64,000 nucleotides of DNA, taken from Pseudomonadota bacterium. Lineage in GTDB: Bacteria > Pseudomonadota > Gammaproteobacteria > Xanthomonadales > Rhodanobacteraceae. A program made the position numbers and the translations under genes. Under the pieces are notes generated by a model. It saw only the letters and a list, made by a program, of their open reading frames with translations, did no database searches and was not told where the DNA came from. The DNA is taken from the NCBI GenBank assembly GCA_018240505.1, contig JAFEFQ010000234.1, positions 6,600 through 70,599 on the forward strand. The letters run 5' to 3'. Positions 10,298-21,779 of the stretch are shown here, in pieces (the stretch's first letter is position 1; each line of letters opens with the position of its first letter).

Positions 10298-11683
10298 CTA
10301 TGTTGAACGCCTTACCCGAGCAGCATCATCGTCTCGTTCCGCGCCCATCCGTTTCGGAGCGAAACACAGTGTCGCCCCTCCCAAACTCACAATCAAAATA
10401 GCCCATAAATACGGGCTGGAAACAGGTGCCGACACTACCTGGTCAGTGCTGACTACAGGTGCAAAGCTCGCCGCAACCGTGCAGTCGTAAGTGACTGCAG
10501 TGGTAACAAATGTCGTTCCGCTAAAATCACCACCGCAAGAGCCCGAAATCCCAATGACCTTGAACCCGGGCAGCGGTGCAACATGAAATTCCGGGGTCGA
10601 ACCGTAAGTAACACTTAGTGGGCTGTCCGGTGTGATTGTTCCACCGATGCCAGCGCTAGGCGTAACCATCATGTTTGGCAAGCTGCTACAGGTTGAATAC
10701 CAAGGCGTGTTTGACGTAGCGACATTCCAATTCGCATCGGCTGTGGGTGTCAAATTGTTCGGGCATAGTAAGCTCTGGCCAGCGACGAGACTGTTGGTTG
10801 GACTTGGAACGGCAGGCACTACCCCGGAAAGCAGATTGTTACTTACGTAAAACAATTCCAGCCTGTCCAAGCCTGCCAAGGATGGAATTTGGCCGGCCAA
10901 GTGATTTTCGCGCACGCTAAACTGCCTCAATTTTTTCAGCCCTTGCAGTGAAGGAATCGATCCTGCGATTTGATTACCGCGCACGTTAAATGTTTGTAAT
11001 CCAATCAAATTGCTCAATTGCGGAATGGATCCAGTCAACTGGTTTAACGCAACGTTGAAATATTCCAGATTCATCGCCCCGGATAAATTCGGTATCGACC
11101 CGGTGAGCATATTCTCACTGACATCGAATTCGTACAGAGCTGAAAGCCCAGACATGTCAGGAATATTTCCCGTCAACCCATTGTGATTCGCATAAAATGA
11201 ATCCAGTCGCAACCCGGATAGTGATGGAATAGAGCCGGTTAACTTGTTGTAACTGACGTCGATAGCCAAATTTGTCTTTGGCAGGTTCGGAATGGACCCG
11301 GTCAACCGATTGTCGTTCACTATGAAATTCCAAATATTTTTCATATTTGAAATATCTGGGATTTCACCACTGATATGATTGGACCGGACAGAAAAATTTG
11401 TCAGCTGCTCTAACCCAGATATATCCGGAAGGGTACCAGTAAGGTTGTTGTTAGGCAGCGCAACGGACAAGACATGAGTCTCGCTGGCGTCGCAAGTAAC
11501 TCCATACCAAGTACATTCACTCCCTTGCAAGCCGTTCCAGCCTGAATTATTTATCCAATTCTTACCTTGAGTCTGTGCGTACAATGCATTGAGCACCGCG
11601 CGCTCTTCGACCGGAATGGCGGCGAATACGTGCCCGCCAAAAAACAACGCAAATGGAATTACCGTGAAAACGCGTGCGTTCAT
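10298..11683 (-). CDS. Secreted LRR protein with C-terminal membrane anchor; low GC
   Basis: Signal peptide, ECTWYGVTC cap, ~23-aa LRRs (NxLTGsIP), beta-rich repeat domain (GGTITP..CGG..DCTVAASF), then APV-hydrophobic helix-basic residues. Confidence 0.88.
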   Translation of the reverse strand: MNARVFTVIPFALFFGGHVFAAIPVEERAVLNALYAQTQGKNWINNSGWNGLQGSECTWYGVTCDASETHVLSVALPNNNLTGTLPDISGLEQLTNFSVRSNHISGEIPDISNMKNIWNFIVNDNRLTGSIPNLPKTNLAIDVSYNKLTGSIPSLSGLRLDSFYANHNGLTGNIPDMSGLSALYEFDVSENMLTGSIPNLSGAMNLEYFNVALNQLTGSIPQLSNLIGLQTFNVRGNQIAGSIPSLQGLKKLRQFSVRENHLAGQIPSLAGLDRLELFYVSNNLLSGVVPAVPSPTNSLVAGQSLLCPNNLTPTADANWNVATSNTPWYSTCSSLPNMMVTPSAGIGGTITPDSPLSVTYGSTPEFHVAPLPGFKVIGISGSCGGDFSGTTFVTTAVTYDCTVAASFAPVVSTDQVVSAPVSSPYLWAILIVSLGGATLCFAPKRMGAERDDDAARVRRST

Positions 11684-11771
11684 TTATCCCCCTAACAAGA
11701 GAACGCCTGAAAATCGTGTATTTGAATATTGACAAATCTTGCACACTACAGTTTCAAAACATCCCCCATCG

Positions 11772-12587
11772 TTAAAATAAATGCTTCTCGATGCCGAGCC
11801 AGGCGAGGATCTTGCTCGCGATCTCCTCGATCGACGTGTGCGTGGTGTTCTGCACCGGAATGTTCTCGCGTTTGAACAGCTTGTCGGCCAAAGCGAGTTC
11901 GTAACGGCACTGTTCGATCTTGGCGTACTTGCTGCCGGGTTTGCGCGCCTCGCGCACCTGCGACAGGCGGATCGGATCGATGTCGAGGCCGAACAGGCGC
12001 TGTTTGTACGGCTTCAGGCGCGGCGGAATTTCCAGCCGCTCGAGGTCGTCCGGCGTCAGCGGATAGTTCGCCGCCTTCACCCCGTAGTGCAGCGCCATGT
12101 ACAGGCAGGTCGGCGTCTTGCCGACACGCGACACGCCGACGAGGATCAGGTCGGCATCGGCGTAGTTCACGTCGAGTCCGTCGTCGTGGGTCAGCGCGTA
12201 GTTGGTCGCGTTGATGCGCGCCTCGTATTCGGCGAAGTTGGTCATGCCGTGCGCCTTGCCGACGCTGCGCGAGCGCTTCATGCCGAGCTCGCTTTCCAGC
12301 GGCGCGATGAACGGCGCGAAGATGTCGAGCATCAGCGCGCCCGAAGCGGCCAGCACTTCGCCGATCCCGGGATCGACGACCGAGTTGATCAGGATCGGCT
12401 TGATCCCGCTCGTGGTGTAGGTATTGCGGATGCGCGCCGCGGCCGCGTGCGCCTTCTCCTCGTTGTCGACGAACGGAATGCGGAAGGTGTTGAATTCGAC
12501 GCCGTCGAACTGGGTCAGCACGGAATGACCGATCGTCTCGGCGGTGATACCGGTACCATCGGATACATAGAATACGCTTCTGGCCAT
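11772..12587 (-). CDS. ppsR: PEP synthase regulatory protein (kinase/pyrophosphorylase, DUF299)
   Basis: VSDGTGITAE, HDDG, GVSRVGKTPT, AANYPL, SIEEIA; divergent from ppsA. Confidence 0.96.
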   Translation of the reverse strand: MARSVFYVSDGTGITAETIGHSVLTQFDGVEFNTFRIPFVDNEEKAHAAAARIRNTYTTSGIKPILINSVVDPGIGEVLAASGALMLDIFAPFIAPLESELGMKRSRSVGKAHGMTNFAEYEARINATNYALTHDDGLDVNYADADLILVGVSRVGKTPTCLYMALHYGVKAANYPLTPDDLERLEIPPRLKPYKQRLFGLDIDPIRLSQVREARKPGSKYAKIEQCRYELALADKLFKRENIPVQNTTHTSIEEIASKILAWLGIEKHLF

Positions 12588-12800
12588 GCGCTCGGTCGCC
12601 CGGACGGAAAGCCGCAGTGTACGTGATGCCGCGCATCGCGCCGCAACCTTGTTTTGCAGTGCACAAACCGGCGACAATTCCTGTCCAAAGGGGAGAGCCG
12701 CGCTTCCCCCTTGGGAACCCCATCGCTGCGCCTCGCTTGCGACCAGCCGATCGGTTCCCGTGCTCCGCCCTCTTCATCCGACTTCTTTTTGGAGAAGCTC

Positions 12801-15170
<2,370 letters not shown>

Positions 15171-15230
15171 CTGCCTCCGCGCAGCAAGCAAATCGTGCCG
15201 GCAGGGATCGCCGGCATCCGGACGGCAGGC

Positions 15231-15917
15231 TCAGCTTCCGCGAAGCCGCGCGGCAAAGTCCGCAATCGCCTGCGCCAAGCCGGCGAGCACCTGCGCGTCG
15301 CTGCTGCCGCTGGATTTGCGCACATGGAACGCGTGGTCGGCGTCATCGAACCACTCGATCTCGGAGAGCGCGCCGAGTCTGTCCACCATCTCTGCCATCA
15401 GGCGGCGCTCGGCGAGTTCGTCGCGCGTACCTTGCAGGAACAGCATCGGCACGCGGACTCCGAACAGGTGCTCGGCGCGCTCGATCGAGAGTTTTTTCGG
15501 CGGATGCAGCGGAAAGCCGACGAAGGCAAGGCCGGCGACCCGCGGCAACGGATCGAGCGCCTGCGCCTGCGACGTCATGCGCGCACCGAACGACTTGCCC
15601 CCGGCGATCAGCGCGAGTCCCGGTGCGAGGCCAGTGGCGGCGGCGACCGCCGCACGCACGGTCGCATGCGCCAGCTTCGGCGCATCGGGACGCCCGCTTC
15701 CCCTCTCCATGTAGGGAAACTGATAACGCAAAGTCGCGACATCGCGCAATGAAAGTTCAGCGGCAAGTGCGGCCATGAACGGATGAGTCATGCCCGCACC
15801 CGCACCGTGCGCGAGCACATAACACGCACGCGCGTTGTCCGGCGCCTGAAACAGCGCCGATACGCGAATGTCCGCATCGACCGCAATCGTCAATGCGCGC
15901 GACGCCTTCTCCTTCAT
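15231..15917 (-). CDS. Alpha/beta hydrolase (KANL3-like)
   Basis: HGAGAG, GGKSFGARM nucleophile elbow, FPLHPP, QGTRD, DHAF; ATGA overlap with DUF72. Confidence 0.88.
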   Translation of the reverse strand: MKEKASRALTIAVDADIRVSALFQAPDNARACYVLAHGAGAGMTHPFMAALAAELSLRDVATLRYQFPYMERGSGRPDAPKLAHATVRAAVAAATGLAPGLALIAGGKSFGARMTSQAQALDPLPRVAGLAFVGFPLHPPKKLSIERAEHLFGVRVPMLFLQGTRDELAERRLMAEMVDRLGALSEIEWFDDADHAFHVRKSSGSSDAQVLAGLAQAIADFAARLRGS

Positions 15918-16621
15918 CGCCGCGCATACTCCTGCAGCTTGAGCGAGTACGGCGGCGCGGTCGGCTCGTGCATGAAATAGACGAAAATTTCGCTCCAGCC
16001 GGTCGCAAGCAGGCGATCCGCCCAACGCTTGAGATCGTCGTCGGAATATTCTTCGAGACGCAGGCGCACATAGCCCCAGGAGGCGGTTTCGACCAACGGC
16101 GGAGGCTCGTTGTCCTCGCGCTCGGACAGCGCCAGAGCCGCGCCGGCGCCGCGCAGTGCCTCGTAGACTTCTGCGCAGAACCAGCTCGACGAGCGGAATT
16201 CGAACGCCGCGCGATGGTCCTTCGGCAACACGCCGAGGAAATCGGCGAGGCGCGGCAGATCCTTTTTCAGGTACGGCGGCAGCTGAAACAACACCGCGCC
16301 GCGCTTCGCGCCGAGCGCGGCCAGATTCCTGTAGAGGTATTCGACCGAATCCCTGGCCTCGTCGGTTTTGAGTTTGGCATCATGGGTGATGCGCTTCGAG
16401 GCCTTGATCGCGAAGCGAAAATGTTCGGGGGTCGCGTTCGCCCAGTTCTCCAGCACGGAAACTTTGGGCATCTGGTAGAAAGTGTTGTTAATCTCGACCG
16501 TGGCGAGGCGTTCGGCGTACCAGGCCAGCATCGCGTCCGGTTTCATTTTTTCCGGGTAGAAACCGCCGCACCATTCCTTGTACGAATAGCCGCTCGCGCC
16601 GACCCAGACCTTCGTCGCCAT
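15914..16621 (-). CDS. DUF72 (YecE-like) protein
   Basis: GxSGYSYKEWxGxFYP, VEINNTFY, FxFxIKAxxxITH, LFQLPP, EFR, YVRL. Confidence 0.93.
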   Translation of the reverse strand: MATKVWVGASGYSYKEWCGGFYPEKMKPDAMLAWYAERLATVEINNTFYQMPKVSVLENWANATPEHFRFAIKASKRITHDAKLKTDEARDSVEYLYRNLAALGAKRGAVLFQLPPYLKKDLPRLADFLGVLPKDHRAAFEFRSSSWFCAEVYEALRGAGAALALSEREDNEPPPLVETASWGYVRLRLEEYSDDDLKRWADRLLATGWSEIFVYFMHEPTAPPYSLKLQEYARR

Positions 16622-16636
16622 TTTCCTCTCCACGCA

Positions 16637-19357
16637 ATGGCCAAAACGAAACTCAGCGAATATTCCGCCAAACGGGCTTTCGAAACCACCCCCGAGCCGG
16701 CGCCGGCGGTGGTCGAACGCAGCGGGCCGCTGTTGTTCGTCGTGCAGCAGCATGCTGCGCGGCAGCTGCACTACGACCTGCGCCTGGAATGCGATGGCGT
16801 GCTCAAGTCATGGGCAGTGCCGAAGGGCCCTTCGCTGGATCGCAGCGAAAAACGCCTGGCCGTACTGGTCGAAGACCACCCGTTCGACTACGCCTCGTTC
16901 GAGGGCGTGATCCCGCCCAAACAATACGGCGCCGGCGAAGTGATCGTCTGGGACTGCGGCGTCTACTCGCCCGACGAGGACACGCGCGGCCGCCGCGGCG
17001 AAACGTTTTTCCATGATCGCGCCGAGGCCGAGCGCCGCGTGCGCGTCGGCCTGGAGAACGGCAAGCTGAGTTTTCTCCTGCGCGGATCCAAACTGAAAGG
17101 TTCCTTCGCGCTCGTGCGCACGAAGGAAACGAAGCACTGGCTGCTGATCAAACATCAGGATCGTTTTGCGACGAGCGCTGACGCCGCGCTGCACGATCGC
17201 TCTACCTTGTCCGGAGCCTCGGTCGCCCAACTCAAATACCTCCCCGTGCAGCGGATGCCGGCCGAGCGCCTGATACCACACGGCAAGATCACGGCGATGC
17301 CGGACAAACTGCAGCCGATGCAGGCCGAGATCGGCGCCGCCGCATTCAATGACGCAGCTTGGAGTTGGGAACCGAAGCTCGATGGCTATCGCGTGCTCGC
17401 CTTTGTCGATCACCGCGGCGTGCGGCTGCAGTCACGCAACGGTCTGGACTACGCGGCAACGTTTCCGCGCCTCGTTGCGGAACTCGGGGAGCAACAGGTC
17501 GACGGCTTGATCCTCGACGGCGAGGTCGTCGCATTCGATGCCGCGGGCAAGCCTTCGTTCAGCGTGCTGCAAAACCGCACCCTGCTGAAGACCGGGCGCG
17601 AAATCGCCGCGGCCGATCGTTCGACCGCGGTGATTTTCTACGCATTCGATCTGCTCTACTTCGCGGGCATCGACCTGCGCAAGTCGCCGCAAAGCGAACG
17701 CCGCCGCTATCTCGAACAATGCCTCCTGCCCTCGCCGCTCGTGCAGCTCGTGCACGCCGCGGACGACGGCGAGGAACTGTTCGACGCGGCACTCGCGAGC
17801 GGCTTCGAGGGCGTTATCGGCAAGCGCAAGGACAGCCTGTATAAGGCTGAACGTTCGCCGCTGTGGATCAAGGTCAAGCCGACGCAGACCGCGGATTTCG
17901 TCGTCGGCGGCTACACGCGCGGCAAAGGCGCGCGCGCCGCACTCGGCGCGCTGCTGCTCGGTTATTGGCAGGACAGGAAACTGCGTTATGCCTCGCACGT
18001 CGGCTCCGGCTTCGACGACAAGGCGCTGGCGCTGCTGCTGCGCAAGCTGGAACCGTTGCGGCGCAAGACCTGCCCGTTCACCGAAACGCCCGAGGTCAAC
18101 GGTCCCGCGACCTGGGTCGATCCGGATCTCGTTGTCGAAGTGGAATTCCAGCGCTGGACCGAGGACGGATCGTTGCGCGCGCCGATCTTCCTGCGCCTGC
18201 GCACCGATCTCGACGCGAAGAAGGTTCGACGCGTCGAACCCGGCGCGGCGAAGCAATCCAGGCGCGCCAGCGATGAAGGCAGCGCGGCCGACGCCCTGCT
18301 CGTCCAGCTCGACAACAAGAGGAACGCATTCGAACTCGCCGTCGGCAGTGATCGCATCCGCCTGACCCATCTCGACAAGGTGTATTGGCCCGCCGATCCG
18401 GCATTGCAACAACCGGCGATCACGAAGCGCGACCTGCTGCGCTATCTCGCTCAGGTCGCACCGTACATGCTGCCGCACCTCGCCGACCGTCCGCTGACGA
18501 TGATCCGCATGCCCGACGGCATCGCGAAGCAGCGTTTTTTCCAGAAACATTGGGAGCAGGAGAAACCGGACTTCGTCGAGACGATCACGGTGTTCTCGAG
18601 CAGCAAGGACGAGCATCACGACTACCTGCTCTGCAACAACTTGCCCACCCTGCTCTGGCTTGCCCAGTCGGGCACGCTCGAGTTCCACGTTTGGCACTCG
18701 CGCGCCAGGCCCGGCGCCGATGCGCCCAAGGCGGGCACGGACTATGGCTCGTCGCTGCAATCGCTCGAAGCCTCGATCCTCAACTACCCCGATTACGTCG
18801 TCTTCGATATCGACCCGTACATTTACTCGGGCAAGGAGAAGCCGGGCGACGAGCCCGAACTGAACCTGGTCGCGTTCGAAAAAGGCAAGGAGGTCGCATT
18901 CTGGCTGCGCGAGTTGCTCGCAAGCATGTCGCTCGAATCGATCGTGAAGACTTCGGGCAAGACCGGGTTGCACGTGTTCGTGCCGATCAAGCGTACGCTC
19001 GATTTCGATGCCGCACGCACCGTATCGGAAATGGTCGGCCGGCACCTGATGCGCGCGCACCCGAAGGTCATAACGATGGAATGGAGCATTCCCAAACGCA
19101 CCGGCAAGATTTTCATGGACTACAACATGAACGTGCGCGGCAAGACCCTCAACAGCGCCTATTCCCCGCGCGGCGTGGCCGGCGCGCCGGTGTCGATGCC
19201 GCTGACCTGGGACGAACTCGCCGATGCCCATCCGCTCGACTTTCGCCTGACGAATGTGGTAGAAAAGCTCGGAAAAACCGCAGATCGTTGGCGCAACGCC
19301 TTAAAAGACAAACAAAATCTGCAGGCGGCGCTGGCTCGAAAGCAGGCCAGGAGTTGA
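16637..19357 (+). CDS. ligD: NHEJ DNA ligase D (phosphoesterase-ligase-polymerase)
   Basis: HYDLRLE and FEGVIP (phosphoesterase), EPKLDGYR and EGVIGKR (ligase), FDIDP, KTSGKTGLH, DYNMN (polymerase). The ORF-track extension upstream of 16637 is the DUF72 antisense. Confidence 0.96.
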   Translation: MAKTKLSEYSAKRAFETTPEPAPAVVERSGPLLFVVQQHAARQLHYDLRLECDGVLKSWAVPKGPSLDRSEKRLAVLVEDHPFDYASFEGVIPPKQYGAGEVIVWDCGVYSPDEDTRGRRGETFFHDRAEAERRVRVGLENGKLSFLLRGSKLKGSFALVRTKETKHWLLIKHQDRFATSADAALHDRSTLSGASVAQLKYLPVQRMPAERLIPHGKITAMPDKLQPMQAEIGAAAFNDAAWSWEPKLDGYRVLAFVDHRGVRLQSRNGLDYAATFPRLVAELGEQQVDGLILDGEVVAFDAAGKPSFSVLQNRTLLKTGREIAAADRSTAVIFYAFDLLYFAGIDLRKSPQSERRRYLEQCLLPSPLVQLVHAADDGEELFDAALASGFEGVIGKRKDSLYKAERSPLWIKVKPTQTADFVVGGYTRGKGARAALGALLLGYWQDRKLRYASHVGSGFDDKALALLLRKLEPLRRKTCPFTETPEVNGPATWVDPDLVVEVEFQRWTEDGSLRAPIFLRLRTDLDAKKVRRVEPGAAKQSRRASDEGSAADALLVQLDNKRNAFELAVGSDRIRLTHLDKVYWPADPALQQPAITKRDLLRYLAQVAPYMLPHLADRPLTMIRMPDGIAKQRFFQKHWEQEKPDFVETITVFSSSKDEHHDYLLCNNLPTLLWLAQSGTLEFHVWHSRARPGADAPKAGTDYGSSLQSLEASILNYPDYVVFDIDPYIYSGKEKPGDEPELNLVAFEKGKEVAFWLRELLASMSLESIVKTSGKTGLHVFVPIKRTLDFDAARTVSEMVGRHLMRAHPKVITMEWSIPKRTGKIFMDYNMNVRGKTLNSAYSPRGVAGAPVSMPLTWDELADAHPLDFRLTNVVEKLGKTADRWRNALKDKQNLQAALARKQARS

Positions 19358-19373
19358 ACCTCGGAGGCACATC

Positions 19374-20255
19374 ATGGGCGCTCGTTCCATAGGCAGTCTG
19401 ACCATTTCCTTCGGCCTCGTGGCCATTCCGGTCAAGTTGTACTCGGCGACCGAGGCTTCGCGCACGATCTCGTTCAACCTGCTGCACAAGGAGTGCGGCT
19501 CGCGCCTGCGCCAGCAGTATTTTTGCGCAAAGGAAGACGTGCCGGTCGCGCGCGAGGACATGGTCAAGGGCTATGAATTCGCCAAGGACCAGTACGTCAT
19601 GTTCACCGCGGAGGAAATGAAGGCGCTCGAGGAGGTCGGCACGCACGCGGCCGATATCAGCGAATTCGTGCCGATCGCCGCGGTTGATCCGGTCTACTTC
19701 GACAAAGCCTATTACCTCGCGCCCGACAAGGGCGGAGCCAAGCCGTATGCGCTGTTCGCCAAGGCGCTGCGCGAATCCAGGCGCTGCGCGCTCGGCCGCT
19801 GGGCGACGCGCGGCAAGCAGTACATCGTCATGGTCCGCCCGGTCGAAGACGGCCTCGTCATGCAGCAATTGCTCTACTCGGACGAAGTGCGTTCGATCAA
19901 GGACATCGACATCCCGGCGACCGACGTGCGCGACGGCGAACTGAAACTTGCCAAGCAACTGATCGAGCAACAGTCCAGCGACCGCTTCAACCCGGGCGAC
20001 TATACCGACGACGTGCGCGCGCGCATCGAAGCGGCGATCCAGAAGAAGGTCGACGGCCAGGAGATCACCCTCGCCGACGCCCCCGAAGGCGGTGCCCAGG
20101 TCATCGATCTGATGGAAGCGCTGCGCGCAAGCCTGGAAAAGAAAGGCGGTGCGCCCAAGATTGCCGCGGACCAGAGCAAAGCACGCAAGCCGGCCAAGCG
20201 CGCAGAACGCGCCGAGCCCGTCGCGGCCTCCCCACGCAAAAGCGCGAAGAAGTAG
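19374..20255 (+). CDS. ku: NHEJ Ku protein
   Basis: ISFGLVAIPVKLYSA, VKGYE, VIDLMEALRASL, basic tail; RBS GGAGG. Confidence 0.97.
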   Translation: MGARSIGSLTISFGLVAIPVKLYSATEASRTISFNLLHKECGSRLRQQYFCAKEDVPVAREDMVKGYEFAKDQYVMFTAEEMKALEEVGTHAADISEFVPIAAVDPVYFDKAYYLAPDKGGAKPYALFAKALRESRRCALGRWATRGKQYIVMVRPVEDGLVMQQLLYSDEVRSIKDIDIPATDVRDGELKLAKQLIEQQSSDRFNPGDYTDDVRARIEAAIQKKVDGQEITLADAPEGGAQVIDLMEALRASLEKKGGAPKIAADQSKARKPAKRAERAEPVAASPRKSAKK

Positions 20256-20389
20256 TTGCCTTGCTCTCCCTTCGAGGGAAATGAATCTGAGTTCGACCGC
20301 CTCCGAGCGGGTGCATAGCATCGTGCAAGTCGTCTCCCTCACCTATCGCGCCGCGCGCACCGGTCTTCCCCGGTGCGAGATGTGAATTC

Positions 20390-21211
20390 ATGTCCGTCAA
20401 GGAAATCCCCAACGAATACGGCGTCGGCGACGTCGAAAAATTGCTGGGCATCACCCGCAGCACCATTCGCGTACTGATCGACGCCGGATATGTCGAGCCT
20501 GCGCGTGGTGCGCGAGGGACGTTGCGCTTTTCGTTCCGGGATTTGATCCTGTTGCGCACCGCACAGGCGCTGTCCGCGGCCAAGATCTCCAACCGCCGCA
20601 TCGCCAAATCGTTGCGCGAGCTGCGCAAGCAATTGCCGGAATCGATGCCGCTTTCCGGCCTGCGCATCGCCGCCGAAGCCGACCGCGTCGTCGTGCGCGA
20701 AGGCAAGGCCCGCTGGCAGGCGGATTCGGGCCAGTATCTGCTCGCATTCGACGGTCAGCCCGAGGCGGGCAAGCTCGCCGTGATCGAGCGACAACCGTTG
20801 CAGCGCAGCGACGAAGGTTGGTTCGAGCGTGCGCTGAAACTCGAAAGCGAGAACGTCGACGCCGCGATCGAGGCGTACGAGCGCGCAATCGAGGCCGAGC
20901 CGGATCGCGTCGAGGCATCGCTCAACCTCGGACGCCTGCTGCACGAACACGGCCGCCTGGCACAAGCGCAGCGCGTCTATCGCGAGGCGATCAAACAGCG
21001 GGGAACCGACGCCCTGCTCTGGTTCAACCTCGCGGTATTGCTCGAAGACCGCGGCCGCCGCGCCGACGCGATCAGCGCCTACCACGCCGCGCTGCGCCGC
21101 GATCCGCAGATGGCCGACGCGCACTACAACCTGTCCTTGCTGCACGACGACGCCGGCAGGAAACGCGAAGCGTTGCGACACATGGCGCAATATCGGCGAC
21201 TGACGAAATAG
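20390..21211 (+). CDS. MerR-type HTH plus TPR protein
   Basis: N-terminal YGVGDVEKLLGIT..G.V.P..RFSF.DL (MerR-like wHTH); C-terminal TPRs (NLGRLL, FNLAVLL, AHYNL). Confidence 0.85.
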   Translation: MSVKEIPNEYGVGDVEKLLGITRSTIRVLIDAGYVEPARGARGTLRFSFRDLILLRTAQALSAAKISNRRIAKSLRELRKQLPESMPLSGLRIAAEADRVVVREGKARWQADSGQYLLAFDGQPEAGKLAVIERQPLQRSDEGWFERALKLESENVDAAIEAYERAIEAEPDRVEASLNLGRLLHEHGRLAQAQRVYREAIKQRGTDALLWFNLAVLLEDRGRRADAISAYHAALRRDPQMADAHYNLSLLHDDAGRKREALRHMAQYRRLTK

Positions 21212-21304
21212 ACGCGAAGAGGCGGATTCACGGCCGCGGCCCGCATCGTGCCGGCCCGATCGAAGCCGCAACCCAAGTGATCGAACGAACCGCGCAACTG
21301 GGCT

Positions 21305-21333
21305 TTGCTCAGAACAAAATTTGCCGCTATAAT
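21305..21333 (+). promoter_or_regulatory. Sigma70 promoter for the tRNA pair
   Basis: TTGCTC-17 bp-TATAAT followed by a GC-rich discriminator. Confidence 0.8.
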
Positions 21334-21434
21334 TTGCGGCTCCCTGAATCGGCATAGCCGAAACGGGGTAGCCGGGCGGACTCCGATTCACCCGGTCCCG
21401 CGGAATCCCTGGCCTTTCCGCGGGCGAATCAAGT

Positions 21435-21510
21435 GGGGCTATAGCTCAGCTGGGAGAGCGCCACAATGGCATTGTGGAGGTCATCGGTTCGATCCCGATT
21501 AGCTCCACCA
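21435..21510 (+). tRNA. tRNA-Ala(GGC)
   Basis: GGGGCTA..., anticodon arm CCACA-ATGGCAT-TGTGG, GTTCGA, CCA end; 76 nt. Confidence 0.98.
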
Positions 21511-21558
21511 CTTGATCTTCGAATTCGGGTTTGCGTGCAAGCCCAAGGTTTTCTCGGC

Positions 21559-21634
21559 GTCCCCATCGTCTAGAGGCCCAGGACATCGCCCTTTCACGGC
21601 GGTAACGGGGGTTCGAATCCCCCTGGGGACGCCA
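21559..21634 (+). tRNA. tRNA-Glu(TTC)
   Basis: GTCCCCA..., anticodon loop CTTTCAC, GTTCGAATC, ends GGGGACGCCA; 76 nt. Confidence 0.98.
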
Positions 21635-21667
21635 ATTCCAATAGAGCGGCACGCCGCGACATCATTC

Positions 21668-21696
21668 AAACCGCGCTACGGCGCGGTTTTTTCTTT
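21668..21696 (+). terminator. Intrinsic terminator after the tRNAs
   Basis: AAACCGCGC-TACG-GCGCGGTTT then a T-run. Confidence 0.9.
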
Positions 21697-21779
21697 GGCA
21701 TCATCCGGTTGACATGACAGAGCCCTGGGCCGGTCAACGCACGGAAATCGCGCGGCGGCCTTGAGGCCACCCGGAATTC

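Noticed and set aside
15893-16636. Apparent 248-aa N-terminal extension of LigD
   Set aside because: It is the antisense of DUF72; LigD homology starts at MAKTKLSEY.
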